A stretch of 61,493 bases of DNA, filler included. It is 6 parts of 6 records of this genome, joined end to end, with 100 filler letters (N's around TTAATTAATTAA, not from the genome) between each part and the next. Parts side by side here need not be neighbours in the genome. Positions count along the whole stretch, not along the records: positions 29,830 to 44,372 come from SRR31156797_9065; positions 44,473 to 53,821 come from SRR31156797_9073; 4 more parts are not named here. The stretch is one strand, 5' to 3'. Positions 39,088-51,710 of the stretch are shown here, one piece after another. The position numbers and the translations under genes are program-made. How positions within the stretch are numbered: position 1 is the stretch's first letter; each line of letters begins with the position of its first letter. Under the pieces are notes generated by a model that made no database searches, had not been told where the DNA came from, and was given only the letters and a program-made list of their open reading frames with translations.

Positions 39088-40815
39088 ATGCGAAAATTAG
39101 GAAAATATTTTAAGCCTTATACTGTTCAGATATTACTAGTAATATTTTTTACATCGGTTCAGGCTTTAAGCCAGTTATATCTACCAACATTAATGTCAGA
39201 TATAATTAACGACGGCGTGCTAGAAAAAGATATATCTTTTATAGTGAAAACAGGCGGTATAATGCTTGGATTCACATTGATTGTCAGCATTTGTACAATA
39301 ATTGCCAGATTCTTTGCTACAAGGATATCAGTAGGTACTGCAACAAGAATTCGTGAAAGAATATTTAAGAAAGTGACTAACTACTCTCTTCACGAATTTG
39401 ATAAAATTGGAACAGCATCACTAATAACGAGAACAACAAATGACGTCACACAAGTGCTAAATGTTTATGTAATGATTTTTACTATGATCTTAGCCGCACC
39501 GCTTACTGCAATAGGCGGCGTAGTAATGGCTCTAAGAATGGATCGTCCACTTTCTCTTATTATTGTTGTAGTAGTTGCTATCTTGGCAGTAGTCATTGGA
39601 TTAGTAGCATCAAAGGCAATTGGTTTGTTCAAATCATTACAAACCAAAGTTGATAAGGTAAACTTAGTACTACGAGAGTCACTTACAGGTATCAGAGTTA
39701 TACGTGCCTTCAATAAAAAGGAATATGAGACAAAAAGATTCGATACTGCAAACAAAGAATTAACCCAGAATGCAATCAACGTATACAAACTAATGAGCGT
39801 GATACTACCAGTCATTATTCTTATAATGAACTTAACAACTGTAGCGATTATATGGTTTGGCTCTGTCAGGGTAAGCAGCGGTGCTCTTCAAATCGGTGAT
39901 ATGATGGCATTCCAGCAGTATGTAATGCAGATAATGATGGCACTTATTATGGCTACAATGATGTTTGTCATGCTTCCCCGTGCATCTGCCTCTGCAAAAA
40001 GGATAAACGAAGTCCTGGATATGAAGAGTGAAATTACAGATTCAAAGAATCAAGTAGTACCAGTGGATAAAAAAGGATATGTAGAATTTAAAGATGTATC
40101 ATTCCGCTTTCACGGAGCTGTTGAACCCGCTATAAGCGGTGTAAACCTATCTGCAAAACCAGGTGAAATCACAGCGATTATCGGCGGCACCGGTTCTGGT
40201 AAAACAGCTTTGATTAATCTAATACCAAGGTTCTACAATGTGGAGAATGGGGAAATCTTGATTGACGGTGTAAATGTCAATGATATTCCTCAGCAGGAAC
40301 TTCGCAAGAAAATCGGTTTTGTACCTCAAAAGGTTAACTTGTTCCATGGTACAATTGCTGATAACATCCGCTACGGCAAAGAAGATGCCACTGATGAAGA
40401 AATCATAGAAGCCTTAAGAACTGCTCAAGCATATAACTTCGTATCAGATATGGATGATGGCATTAATTCATTCGTTTCCCAAGGCGGCAGCAACTACTCA
40501 GGCGGACAAAAGCAAAGGCTGTCAATTGCCCGTGCTCTAGTAAGAAAACCTGAAATATACATATTTGATGACAGCTTCTCAGCACTAGATTTCAAAACTG
40601 ATGCAAAACTTCGTCAAGCTCTACAAAAAGATATCGAGAACTCAACAGTATTTATTATAGCACAGAGGGTATCAACGGTAATGAATGCAGAACGAATTAT
40701 TGTACTGAATGAAGGTAAAGTAGCAGGCATGGGTAAACATAGTGATTTGATAAAAACCTGTGATATATACAAAGAGATTGTAGCTTCTCAGCTGTCTGAA
40801 GAAGAATTGGCTTAG
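39088..40815 (+). CDS. Multidrug-type ABC exporter, fused permease/ATPase subunit 1
   Basis: TM domain; GGTGSGKT, SGGQKQR and degenerate FDDSFSALD. Confidence 0.92.
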   Translation: MRKLGKYFKPYTVQILLVIFFTSVQALSQLYLPTLMSDIINDGVLEKDISFIVKTGGIMLGFTLIVSICTIIARFFATRISVGTATRIRERIFKKVTNYSLHEFDKIGTASLITRTTNDVTQVLNVYVMIFTMILAAPLTAIGGVVMALRMDRPLSLIIVVVVAILAVVIGLVASKAIGLFKSLQTKVDKVNLVLRESLTGIRVIRAFNKKEYETKRFDTANKELTQNAINVYKLMSVILPVIILIMNLTTVAIIWFGSVRVSSGALQIGDMMAFQQYVMQIMMALIMATMMFVMLPRASASAKRINEVLDMKSEITDSKNQVVPVDKKGYVEFKDVSFRFHGAVEPAISGVNLSAKPGEITAIIGGTGSGKTALINLIPRFYNVENGEILIDGVNVNDIPQQELRKKIGFVPQKVNLFHGTIADNIRYGKEDATDEEIIEALRTAQAYNFVSDMDDGINSFVSQGGSNYSGGQKQRLSIARALVRKPEIYIFDDSFSALDFKTDAKLRQALQKDIENSTVFIIAQRVSTVMNAERIIVLNEGKVAGMGKHSDLIKTCDIYKEIVASQLSEEELA

Positions 40816-40826
40816 GGGGTGAAAAA

Positions 40827-42878
40827 ATGAGTAATGAAAATAATAAAAAAAATGCAGGCAAAGGTCCTGGTCCAGGTCCTGGCGATCATCACGGTCAGGT
40901 AGTAGAAAAGCCGAACAACTTCTCCGCTGCATTCAAAAGATTAGTATCATATCTTGCAAAGCACGAAGGAGCACTTATTACTGTACTGATATTAGCAGCA
41001 GCTTCTAGTATACTAGGTATCTTCGGACCAAAGCTATTGGGTAAAGCAACCGATGTTATTGTAGACGGCTTAATGAATTTCGATGAAGAAGCATTAATTG
41101 AAAAGATGCAAGAACCGGAAACAATACAATCACTGATAAAATATCCTGAAGTAGCTGAATTTTTGGAATCTGCACAAAATGATCCTGATACAGCAATTGA
41201 GCAGATACAAAACGATGATGAATTGGTTGAATCGTTTCAAGCTGTATTTGGTGATTTAAGCGATTACCAGGAAATAGATATAGATTTTAAAGAAATAGGA
41301 CGAATAGTATTGTTAGTATTAGGACTGTATATATTAAGTGCAATAATCTTTTACATTCAACAGATTATTATGGCGCATACATCTCAAAAGATAGTATATA
41401 ATATGCGAAATCAAGTCAAATTGAAGCTTACAAAACTACCCCTTAAGTATTTTGATGGACGTACTCACGGAGAAATTTTGTCCCGTGTAACAAACGATAT
41501 TGATACTATATCAAATACCCTCCAGCAGAGTGTAACTCAGGTCATATCATCTGTCGCTACAATAATTGGTATTTTGATTATGATGCTTACCATTTCATTC
41601 TGGCTGACTTTGATCGCATTAATAGTGCTTCCGCTAACAGTAATTATAAGTCAGGGTATCATAAAGAAGTCCCAAGTATTCTTTAAAGAACAACAAAAAC
41701 AAATCGGTAATATCAATGGTCATGTTGAGGAAATGTATACAGGCCATCAGATAATCAAAGCCTTTGGTCAGGAGAAAAAATCTCTGGACACCTTTGACAA
41801 GATTAATGAGGATTTATACCAAGTAGGCTGGAAAGCACAGTTTATGGCAGGAATTATGATGCCAATCATGCACCTAGTCAACAACTTCTCGTATGTGCTT
41901 ATATGTATCGTTGGTGGTATATTGGCTGTTAACGGTAGAGTCAGTATAGGTGGTGTTCAAGCATTTATCCAATATTCACAACGTTTCACACAGCCAATTG
42001 CTCAGACCGCTCAGATTGTTAACGTAATGCAGTCTGCAGTAGCTGCAGCAGAGCGTGTATTTGAAGTGCTGGATGAAGATGAGCAGATTCCAGACCCTGT
42101 TAACCCAAAAGTTATCGAGTTCCCTAAGGGTGCTGTTGAATTCCAGCATGTGAAATTCGGTTATGAACCACAAAAAACTATCATCAAGGATATGAATCTA
42201 AAGGTAGCTCCTGGTGATATGATTGCAATCGTAGGTCCAACAGGTGCAGGTAAAACTACTCTAATAAATTTATTAATGAGATTCTATGAAATCGATAAAG
42301 GTAAAATCTACATTGATGGTGTTGATACCAGCGAAATGACAAGGAACGACCTGCGGAGTAGATTCGGTATGGTTCTGCAGGATACATGGCTATTTAACGG
42401 TACTATACGAGACAACATTGCATATGGTAATGTAAATGCAACTGAAGAAGAAATCATAAAAGCTGCAAAGATGGCTCATGCTGATCACTTTATCAGAACA
42501 CTTCCTGAGGGCTATAACACTATACTTAAGGAAGATGCCACGAATATTTCTCAGGGACAAAGGCAGCTGCTGACTATAGCAAGAGCACTGCTAGCAGACC
42601 CTACTATTTTGATACTGGATGAAGCCACATCCAGTGTTGATACCAGAACAGAAAGCTATATACAGAATGCCATGACCCGCCTGATGGAGGGTAGAACAAG
42701 TTTTGTTATAGCTCACAGACTCTCAACTATTAGGGATGCAAATACTATTCTTGTAATGAATGAGGGAGAAATAATAGAGCAGGGTAATCACAACGAACTG
42801 ATGAAGAAAAATGGTTTTTATGCCGATTTATATAATTCGCAGTTTACTGGTGCAGAACTTAGAGATAAAGCACTATAG
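40827..42878 (+). CDS. Multidrug-type ABC exporter, fused permease/ATPase subunit 2
   Basis: GPTGAGKTT, SQGQRQ, LDEATSSVD and IAHRLST. Confidence 0.92.
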   Translation: MSNENNKKNAGKGPGPGPGDHHGQVVEKPNNFSAAFKRLVSYLAKHEGALITVLILAAASSILGIFGPKLLGKATDVIVDGLMNFDEEALIEKMQEPETIQSLIKYPEVAEFLESAQNDPDTAIEQIQNDDELVESFQAVFGDLSDYQEIDIDFKEIGRIVLLVLGLYILSAIIFYIQQIIMAHTSQKIVYNMRNQVKLKLTKLPLKYFDGRTHGEILSRVTNDIDTISNTLQQSVTQVISSVATIIGILIMMLTISFWLTLIALIVLPLTVIISQGIIKKSQVFFKEQQKQIGNINGHVEEMYTGHQIIKAFGQEKKSLDTFDKINEDLYQVGWKAQFMAGIMMPIMHLVNNFSYVLICIVGGILAVNGRVSIGGVQAFIQYSQRFTQPIAQTAQIVNVMQSAVAAAERVFEVLDEDEQIPDPVNPKVIEFPKGAVEFQHVKFGYEPQKTIIKDMNLKVAPGDMIAIVGPTGAGKTTLINLLMRFYEIDKGKIYIDGVDTSEMTRNDLRSRFGMVLQDTWLFNGTIRDNIAYGNVNATEEEIIKAAKMAHADHFIRTLPEGYNTILKEDATNISQGQRQLLTIARALLADPTILILDEATSSVDTRTESYIQNAMTRLMEGRTSFVIAHRLSTIRDANTILVMNEGEIIEQGNHNELMKKNGFYADLYNSQFTGAELRDKAL

Positions 42879-43012
42879 AATACTTACCTGATATAATAAT
42901 GATAAGAGTCCGCTAACTGAATATGCGGACTTTTATATTTGAGAAATTTAATTGTATTAGTGTGCATATTACTATATAATGTACAAGAATATTTTAAGGA
43001 GCTTATACATAA

Positions 43013-44008
43013 ATGATTAAAACAATACAAAAATTCCTGAAAGGTATGGCAGTAGGTATTGCAAACATCATACCCGGCGTATCCGGAGGTACTCTTGCAC
43101 TAATACTAAATATCTATGAGCCATTAATTGAGGGAATCCACAATATCAGCGGATATACATTCGTAGCATTCTTAAAGCTATTCACATTCAAGAAGGAAAA
43201 TGTGGAAAAGTTTAAAGATGAAATGAAAAAGATTAATTTCTCACTATTATTCTGGGTAGTAGCTGGTGCTGGTGTGGCAATCCTTTTATTCTCAGGACTA
43301 ATGAAATATCTTTATCAAAACTTTCAGTCGCAGACATTCGGGTTCTTCTTCGGTCTTATTATAGTATCCATTGCTGTGCCATTTATGATGATTAAGAAAA
43401 TTAACTGGAAAGTAATTCTAGCAATGATAATTGCTATAGTCTGTATCGTTGGGCTGTCTATGATGGAAACTGACGAAGCTAAAATCGAAAAAGAAGAGCT
43501 GTCAATAGCTATGGATAACGGCGAAACAATGGAATACAGCAATGGTGTACTTGACTACGCATACCTTGGACTGTGCGGAGCAGTAGCTATGTGCACAATG
43601 ATAGTACCTGGAGTATCCGGCTCATTTATACTGCTTCTTATGGGCAAGTACTTTACTATACTAGAAGCAATAAGCAGCCTTGATATCAAAGTAATCCTAG
43701 TATTCGGTATCGGTGCTGTACTGGGGCTCTTGATATTCTCCAGATTCCTGAACTTCCTATTGAGGAAGTTCCACGATGTAACAATGGGATTTTTAACAGG
43801 ACTTGTTATCGGTTCACTATGGGCAATCTGGCCATTTAAGAATATTCACACTCTATCAAATGGTGAAAATCTTCCATTATCAAACATATTCCCCTCTGCT
43901 TTTAATTCAACTGTATTTGTGACTATACTGATGGCTCTAGCAGGTGGAGCAATCGTATTTGCTATGATAAAGATTGAAGCAAACAATAAAAAGATAAAGA
44001 ATAAATAG
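43013..44008 (+). CDS. DUF368 membrane protein (undecaprenyl-phosphate translocase family)
   Basis: Repeated IIPGVSGGT and IVPGVSGS motifs. Confidence 0.88.
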   Translation: MIKTIQKFLKGMAVGIANIIPGVSGGTLALILNIYEPLIEGIHNISGYTFVAFLKLFTFKKENVEKFKDEMKKINFSLLFWVVAGAGVAILLFSGLMKYLYQNFQSQTFGFFFGLIIVSIAVPFMMIKKINWKVILAMIIAIVCIVGLSMMETDEAKIEKEELSIAMDNGETMEYSNGVLDYAYLGLCGAVAMCTMIVPGVSGSFILLLMGKYFTILEAISSLDIKVILVFGIGAVLGLLIFSRFLNFLLRKFHDVTMGFLTGLVIGSLWAIWPFKNIHTLSNGENLPLSNIFPSAFNSTVFVTILMALAGGAIVFAMIKIEANNKKIKNK

Positions 44009-44016
44009 CATTGATA

Positions 44017-44047
44017 AGCCCTGATTTTTTTAGTTAATCGGGGCTTA
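44017..44047 (+). terminator. Intrinsic terminator
   Basis: Stem aagccctgatt...aatcggggctt. Confidence 0.55.
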
Positions 44048-44343
44048 AATAATATTTGTTATTATTATTAGATTTTAAAGAATTTGAATTCTTCATTTTT
44101 ACCCTTAATTTTTCAAATCTGCAAAATACAGCGATATTCACATAACTTAGATTGACATTATTACTAATGAAAAGCGAATTATAAAAACCAGTACTATTTA
44201 CTCATAAATAGTATATAATATAGAAGAAATGATTGAGTAAAATCCCATTAAAAAAGATTGGTTTTTTATTGAAAAAGTATTGAAATCATCATTCTCATAT
44301 GTTATAATGCACTCACGTCTTTTGAGAAAGAGTTATTATATAT

Positions 44344-44372
44344 TCCTCAGTAGCTCAATGGTAGAGCACACG
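44344..44372 (+). tRNA. 5' part of a tRNA (probably tRNA-Asn), truncated by the contig end
   Basis: tcctcag-ta-gctc-aatggta-gagc-acacg gives the acceptor and D arms; TTGAAA..TATAAT promoter upstream; anticodon not visible. Confidence 0.75.
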
Positions 44373-44472
44373 NNNNNNNNNNNNNNNNNNNNNNNNNNNN
44401 NNNNNNNNNNNNNNNNTTAATTAATTAANNNNNNNNNNNNNNNNNNNNNNNNNNNNNNNNNNNNNNNNNNNN
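44373..44472. other. Artificial contig spacer
   Basis: N-run with TTAATTAATTAA. Confidence 0.98.
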
Positions 44473-44967
44473 TAATGGATTATTTGGTAAACATAAGAAG
44501 ATCACATCTGCACCCTGTGCCTTATAGATCTCTCTAAACTCATCAAGATTATGTTCATCACTTGGAGTTTTTAAAATCGTTGCTCCAGTTTGTTTTGCAT
44601 AGATCTCATACATAGCAAAAGTTGTTTTTGCCATTAATACTTTTGAGTTACTATCACATTTTGCATGGACACAAAATTCAATCACTTGATCTGATCCTGC
44701 TCCAATCACTATATTAGAACTTACCACTCCATATTTTTTTGCTAAAGCATCTTTTAGTTCATACATAGAATCATCTGGATATACATACGCATTACACGCT
44801 TTTCTTTGGATGATATCTACTACTTCTGGAGCTACACCATATGGGTTTTCATTTGATGCAAGCTTGATGATCTTTTTTGGATCTACCCCATACTCTCTTA
44901 CTACTAACTCTATTGGCTTTCCTGCTTCATAGGTTTGAACATTATCTAAAACACTTTTATATGTCAT
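44473..44967 (-). CDS. hisC: Histidinol-phosphate aminotransferase, 3' truncated
   Basis: [29 protein letters not shown] and CLPNNP. Confidence 0.92.
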
Positions 44968-46030
44968 CTGCTTCCCTTACATAACTTCCTAAAAACTTAA
45001 TACTATCCTCATGTTTTGCAAAAACTTCTGCCACATGAGCATCACTTTTATGCCCATTAAAATCGATAAAAAATGTTGATATTCCTCCAACAATATGAGA
45101 TTTTATCTTTGTAAGATTTATCCCTGCTTTATCAAAATCATCCAAAAATCGAACTAAAGATCCATGTTCATTTGGAAGTTGTACTAAAATAGAGGTTTTA
45201 TCATCTCCACTAGCCCCATTATCAAAATCACTTACGATTAAAAATCGTGTTCTATTATTCCCTTTATCCTCAATATTTTCAAAAAGTATTGGAAGATTAT
45301 ACATCTTTGCACCTATATGGGAACAAATCGCTGCAGAGTTTTCCTCTTCCATTGCTAGTTTTGCTGCTTTTGCTGTACTCTCAATTGGGATCAATTCAAC
45401 CTCATCAAGCCCAAGATCTTCTAAAAATTTATGGCACTGTTCAAACGCTATATCTTTTGAATAGATCTTTTTTATATCTTTTACTTTATCACATCTTGTT
45501 GCTAAACAATGGTGGATATCTACCATCACCTCAGCAATGATCTTTAGATCATACTCACTTAAACAAGTGATCGTATCACTTACTATTCCATTGGAGCTAT
45601 TCTCAATAGGGATCACACCAAACTTTGCTTTTTTATTGGCTACTTCTCTAAATACACCTGTAATAGAAGCGATAGGAAGATACGCACTCATGGCACCAAA
45701 TCTACTCTCTGCTGCTTGATGAGTAAAACTTCCCTCTGGTCCTAGATAGGCTATATTTTCTGGAAGTTCTAAGTTTCTACTTATTGCAAACACTTCTAAA
45801 AAAAGTGCTTCGATCGCTGCACGATTAAGAGGCCCCTCATTATTTTTTTCTAATCTATCAAGAATAGACTTTTCACGTTCAGGTCTATAGATCGCCCCAC
45901 CACTTTTCTCTTTTACTTTTCCAACCTCAGCAACGATTTGCATCCGTTGATTTAAAAGTTGTAAAAGTTGATCATCTATTGAATCAAGTTGATCTCGTAA
46001 TTTATTTAATTCTTTTGCTTCATCTATCAT
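44957..46030 (-). CDS. pheA: Chorismate mutase/prephenate dehydratase
   Basis: [42 protein letters not shown] and an ACT domain. Confidence 0.95.
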   Translation of the reverse strand: MIDEAKELNKLRDQLDSIDDQLLQLLNQRMQIVAEVGKVKEKSGGAIYRPEREKSILDRLEKNNEGPLNRAAIEALFLEVFAISRNLELPENIAYLGPEGSFTHQAAESRFGAMSAYLPIASITGVFREVANKKAKFGVIPIENSSNGIVSDTITCLSEYDLKIIAEVMVDIHHCLATRCDKVKDIKKIYSKDIAFEQCHKFLEDLGLDEVELIPIESTAKAAKLAMEEENSAAICSHIGAKMYNLPILFENIEDKGNNRTRFLIVSDFDNGASGDDKTSILVQLPNEHGSLVRFLDDFDKAGINLTKIKSHIVGGISTFFIDFNGHKSDAHVAEVFAKHEDSIKFLGSYVREADDI

Positions 46031-46056
46031 TTTACAATTATACTCCAGCTATACTT

Positions 46057-47892
46057 TTAAAATTTTTTTGTTTTTGCATCTTCAACAATTGTTGTGGCGA
46101 TGGTACTTGTCTCACTTGCAATGGCATTAGCATCTTTGATCATTCTAGCACTCTCTTGTGTACTTTTTTCTATCCCATTGATTTGTATATTGATCTCTTC
46201 TATTCCTCTTTGTTGTTCTTGCGTTGCATTTGATACGTTTTTTATAAGTTCTATTGTTGAAGTGATATTTTCATTTAAAGCATTATACCCACTAATCATA
46301 TTCCCTGATATATTTTTCCCTTCATCAGTTTTTACTATGGCACTTTCTACTAGATCTTTAATATCTTTTGCTGCTTCAGCACTCTTATTTGCAAGATTTC
46401 GAACCTCTCCTGCTACTACTGCAAACCCTTTACCTGCTTCTCCTGCAGTTGCAGCTTCAACTGCTGCATTAAGACTTAGAATATTTGTTTGAAATGCTAT
46501 TTGATCAATGATCGTAATAGCCTCATTAATAGCTTTTACTTTTTCAGCGATCTCTTCCATCTCTTTGGTTGTCTGCGTTGCTAGATTTTGACCAACCTCA
46601 ACTGATTCTGTTACTTTATTGGCATAATTTGCCATCTGTTTTGCATTTTGACTTGTTTCTCTAATCTTTTCAGTAATCTTATTAAGCTCAGTTGAACTAG
46701 TATTTAAAGTATCTGATTGAACTAAAACAGTTTGCTCTATTTGTGAAACAAGATTATCTAAAGAAACAGCATCATTATAGAGTTTTGTTCCATTTTCTAA
46801 ACTATCTTTTGAGATTTGTGCTAGTCTGTCCCCTAAAGCATCCACTTTATCAAAAATGTCTTTTAATGTACCAGTTGTATTTCCTTTGGAATTGATCCTT
46901 TTAGTGTAATCGTCATGATCATAAGCGTTCAGTACTTTTGCTATTCTCTCAATATTATATCCCACTGCACTAAGGAGTTCATTGACAATATCTTTTAACT
47001 CATTGATCTCTGGATTATGTGCTAATGAATCAATTTTAAGATCATAGTTTCCAAAAGATGCTTTTTTACAGATCTCTTTTGCGTCACTTATAACCTTTTC
47101 ATCTTTTTCTACACCTTTTACCGTAGCATCAATGTTTTTATTTACTGAATCAACTAACTCACCAATTTCATCATGACTATATCCATCTATATGCTCCACA
47201 TTTTTAGCTTCTTTATTGATAAATTTAAAAAATAGCTCCAATCCTCTTTGGAATACATCTATTGGTTTTGTAGCTTTTCTAATAAGTATTGTCATAAAGA
47301 TAGTAATAAAAATTAAAACTACAACTGCTTGGATCACTAAATTATTTACAGTACTATTGATAATTGTATCAGACTCTTCAAGGTTAAACGTAAGATCCAT
47401 CACCCCAATGACATCACCTTTTTGTTGATTTACATGACAATATATACACTCATCTGTAGCGATCATGGGTCGAAGAGATCTTATAGTATGTTTTCCATCA
47501 TCATAGTTTTCTAAAATTATCTCCTCTTTAGAAGCAAAAACTTTTAGAGTTTCAGGATCTGTTGTAAAAGAGAGTTGGGGAGAAAAAAGCTCGATCATCT
47601 TTTCACTTCTTGCTACTACAAACTTTTCAAGCCCCTCAATATTTTCTCTACTTTTTCGTTCAGCATCTTCTATAATTGTAGAATCCCCAGTGTTCATTGC
47701 TGTTCGAAGATTTAAGAAAATAGAATCAGTTAATTGGTGTAAGGAGTTTTTCGCATTATTCTTCGCAAGATCATCCATTTTATAAGCTGATGTAAAAACA
47801 GAGATCAAGTTACTCAATACTAAAATAAGTATTGTAGGAAGGATAATCTTTGTTCTGATTCTTATATTACCAATTAACGATTTTACATACAT
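46057..47892 (-). CDS. Methyl-accepting chemotaxis protein with a periplasmic CxxCH motif
   Basis: [35 protein letters not shown] between the two TMs. Confidence 0.92.
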   Translation of the reverse strand: MYVKSLIGNIRIRTKIILPTILILVLSNLISVFTSAYKMDDLAKNNAKNSLHQLTDSIFLNLRTAMNTGDSTIIEDAERKSRENIEGLEKFVVARSEKMIELFSPQLSFTTDPETLKVFASKEEIILENYDDGKHTIRSLRPMIATDECIYCHVNQQKGDVIGVMDLTFNLEESDTIINSTVNNLVIQAVVVLIFITIFMTILIRKATKPIDVFQRGLELFFKFINKEAKNVEHIDGYSHDEIGELVDSVNKNIDATVKGVEKDEKVISDAKEICKKASFGNYDLKIDSLAHNPEINELKDIVNELLSAVGYNIERIAKVLNAYDHDDYTKRINSKGNTTGTLKDIFDKVDALGDRLAQISKDSLENGTKLYNDAVSLDNLVSQIEQTVLVQSDTLNTSSTELNKITEKIRETSQNAKQMANYANKVTESVEVGQNLATQTTKEMEEIAEKVKAINEAITIIDQIAFQTNILSLNAAVEAATAGEAGKGFAVVAGEVRNLANKSAEAAKDIKDLVESAIVKTDEGKNISGNMISGYNALNENITSTIELIKNVSNATQEQQRGIEEINIQINGIEKSTQESARMIKDANAIASETSTIATTIVEDAKTKKF

Positions 47893-47910
47893 TCTTTAAA
47901 TCCTTTTTAA

Positions 47911-49119
47911 TTATAAAAACTCTACCTCATTTGCAATTTGATCTTCAAAAGTTTCTCTTCTTCTAATCAATCTATCACTTCCATTTTCATAAGCAATCTC
48001 AGCTACTTTATTTCTAGTATTATAGTTACTAGCCATTGTAAAGCCATATGCTCCACTACTATAAATAGCCATAATGTCATTATGTTCTGTCATAGGTAGT
48101 TCTATATCTTTGGCAAAAAAATCACCACTTTCACATACTGGTCCTACTACATTACAAGAGCTCACCTCTTCACTTTTATCGATAACTTCCACTTTATGAT
48201 ACGCATTATATAAAGTTGGTCGTAAAAGATCATTCATCGCTCCATCTACAATTACAAACCGTTTATCACCATTAACCTTTTCATATAAAACTTTTGTAAC
48301 AAATACTCCACTATTTCCTACAATAAATCTTCCTGGTTCACATACAACTGTGATATCTAGACCATGTAATGCATCTAGGATTGTTTGTGCATATTGGTAA
48401 GTATCTATAAGAACTTCATCTTTATAAACGATTCCCAGTCCACCACCTACATCAAAAAACTTCAGCTCTATATCAAGTGCAGCTTTAATATTTCTTACAA
48501 GATCTGCAACTATATTTACTGCTTCTTTAATTGGAGAAAGTTCTGTAAGTTGGCTTCCTATATGGCAGTGGATACCTATAGGATCAAGGTATTCACTTTT
48601 TTTCGCCTTAATATACATCCGTTTTGCAGTATCTATATCCACACCAAACTTATTCTCATGAAGTCCTGTTGAGATATATGGATGGGTTTTTGGATCTACA
48701 TTTGGATTTACCCTAATGGAGATTCTTGCCTCTTTTTTTAAAGCTTCTGCCATAAGCTCTACTCGTACAAGCTCCGCATCACTTTCCACATTGATCATTA
48801 AAATATCAAGCTCCAAAGCTTCTGTTATCTCAGCATCCGTTTTTCCTACTCCACTAAAGATAATCTTATATTTAGGAATACCAGATTTTAAAGCACGTTT
48901 CACTTCTCCAATACTTACACAGTCTGCTCCACTTCCTTGATCCCCTAAATGTTTTATAACACTAAGATTAGAATTTGCTTTTACTGCATACGATATTAAA
49001 GACTTTCTTGCTTTAAATGCTTCTTTTAGTTCATTATATTGCTTTGAAATATGATCAAAGTCATACACATAATACGGTGTTTGATATTTTTTTGCTAACT
49101 CTTTAAAATTTATTGCCAT
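47911..49119 (-). CDS. lysA: Diaminopimelate decarboxylase
   Basis: YAVKANSN, HCHIGSQ, DVGGGLG, EPGR and GPVCESGD. Confidence 0.96.
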   Translation of the reverse strand: MAINFKELAKKYQTPYYVYDFDHISKQYNELKEAFKARKSLISYAVKANSNLSVIKHLGDQGSGADCVSIGEVKRALKSGIPKYKIIFSGVGKTDAEITEALELDILMINVESDAELVRVELMAEALKKEARISIRVNPNVDPKTHPYISTGLHENKFGVDIDTAKRMYIKAKKSEYLDPIGIHCHIGSQLTELSPIKEAVNIVADLVRNIKAALDIELKFFDVGGGLGIVYKDEVLIDTYQYAQTILDALHGLDITVVCEPGRFIVGNSGVFVTKVLYEKVNGDKRFVIVDGAMNDLLRPTLYNAYHKVEVIDKSEEVSSCNVVGPVCESGDFFAKDIELPMTEHNDIMAIYSSGAYGFTMASNYNTRNKVAEIAYENGSDRLIRRRETFEDQIANEVEFL

Positions 49120-49182
49120 TTATATCTTCTCTTTTAAAATTAAAATAGGAGATATAATAGCTAAAGTTTTGTAATGATTTAA

Positions 49183-50061
49183 TTAATGGTATTTTTTTAA
49201 GATAGTATTATAAACACTATGATACTGAAGTGGATCTACTGTTGTATTGTAAAGTCTCATGGCATAATGAAGATGAGGGCCAGTAACTCGTCCAGTTTTC
49301 CCAGATTTTCCTATATAGTCTCCCTTTTTTACCTCTTGACCTTCTTTAACAGCAATCTTATTCATATGAGAATAATAGCTATATGCTCCCCTTCCATGAT
49401 CAATATACACTACACGTCCCAAATAAAAACGATCCATGGTAAGTACTACTTTCCCATTATTTGATGCATAAATGTCACTTCCTACTCCAGCTCTAAAATC
49501 TGTCCCAGTATGATAACTTCTAGCTTTTCCATTATAGATCCGTGCATTTCCAAAGTCACTAGTTATGCTACTTGGCATTGGGTTTTTAAATGGTACATCA
49601 TTAGTTAAATCATATGGAGTAATCTTTGAATACACTTTTGCATATACTTGATTGTACTCTTTTTTTGTTCGGGTTTTATTTTTTTCAGAGAGTGTAACTT
49701 TTCCTTTGGCTACTTTTATGATCTCATTCTTTTTATAGTTTCCATCTACTATATTAATGGTTTTATTCTCTTTTTGAAGTGTATTGTTTTCTAAAAAAGT
49801 AACCGTTACATCGTATTGTTTTAAAGGAGTATGATAATCAACAGGTAAGAATACTTCATATTTTTTAGTATCTCCACCAATTGTAAACATCTGATAGGTT
49901 TTATCTAAAAAGATCACATTTGGGGCCTGAGTCATTTTCTCATCACTTTGAAAAATAACAGCAAAGGTGGTACCATGCTTTACATTTTCATGTGAAAGAG
50001 ATATAGTAACTTTAGCGAAAAGAAAAGTTGAAAAGAGAAATAAGAAAAATATTTTTTTCAT
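49183..50061 (-). CDS. M23-family metallopeptidase
   Basis: HTGTDFRA, DHG.G..S.Y.HM and TGPHLH. Confidence 0.9.
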   Translation of the reverse strand: MKKIFFLFLFSTFLFAKVTISLSHENVKHGTTFAVIFQSDEKMTQAPNVIFLDKTYQMFTIGGDTKKYEVFLPVDYHTPLKQYDVTVTFLENNTLQKENKTINIVDGNYKKNEIIKVAKGKVTLSEKNKTRTKKEYNQVYAKVYSKITPYDLTNDVPFKNPMPSSITSDFGNARIYNGKARSYHTGTDFRAGVGSDIYASNNGKVVLTMDRFYLGRVVYIDHGRGAYSYYSHMNKIAVKEGQEVKKGDYIGKSGKTGRVTGPHLHYAMRLYNTTVDPLQYHSVYNTILKKYH

Positions 50062-50092
50062 ACTACGGTAATAAGCTTAGGTAAAAAGTAAA

Positions 50093-51642
<1,550 letters not shown>

Positions 51643-51710
51643 GGCATGAAATCCTTTCTAATTTGAAAGGTATTCTACCATAAAGTTATGAAAAAGAGTT
51701 TTATTACCAA

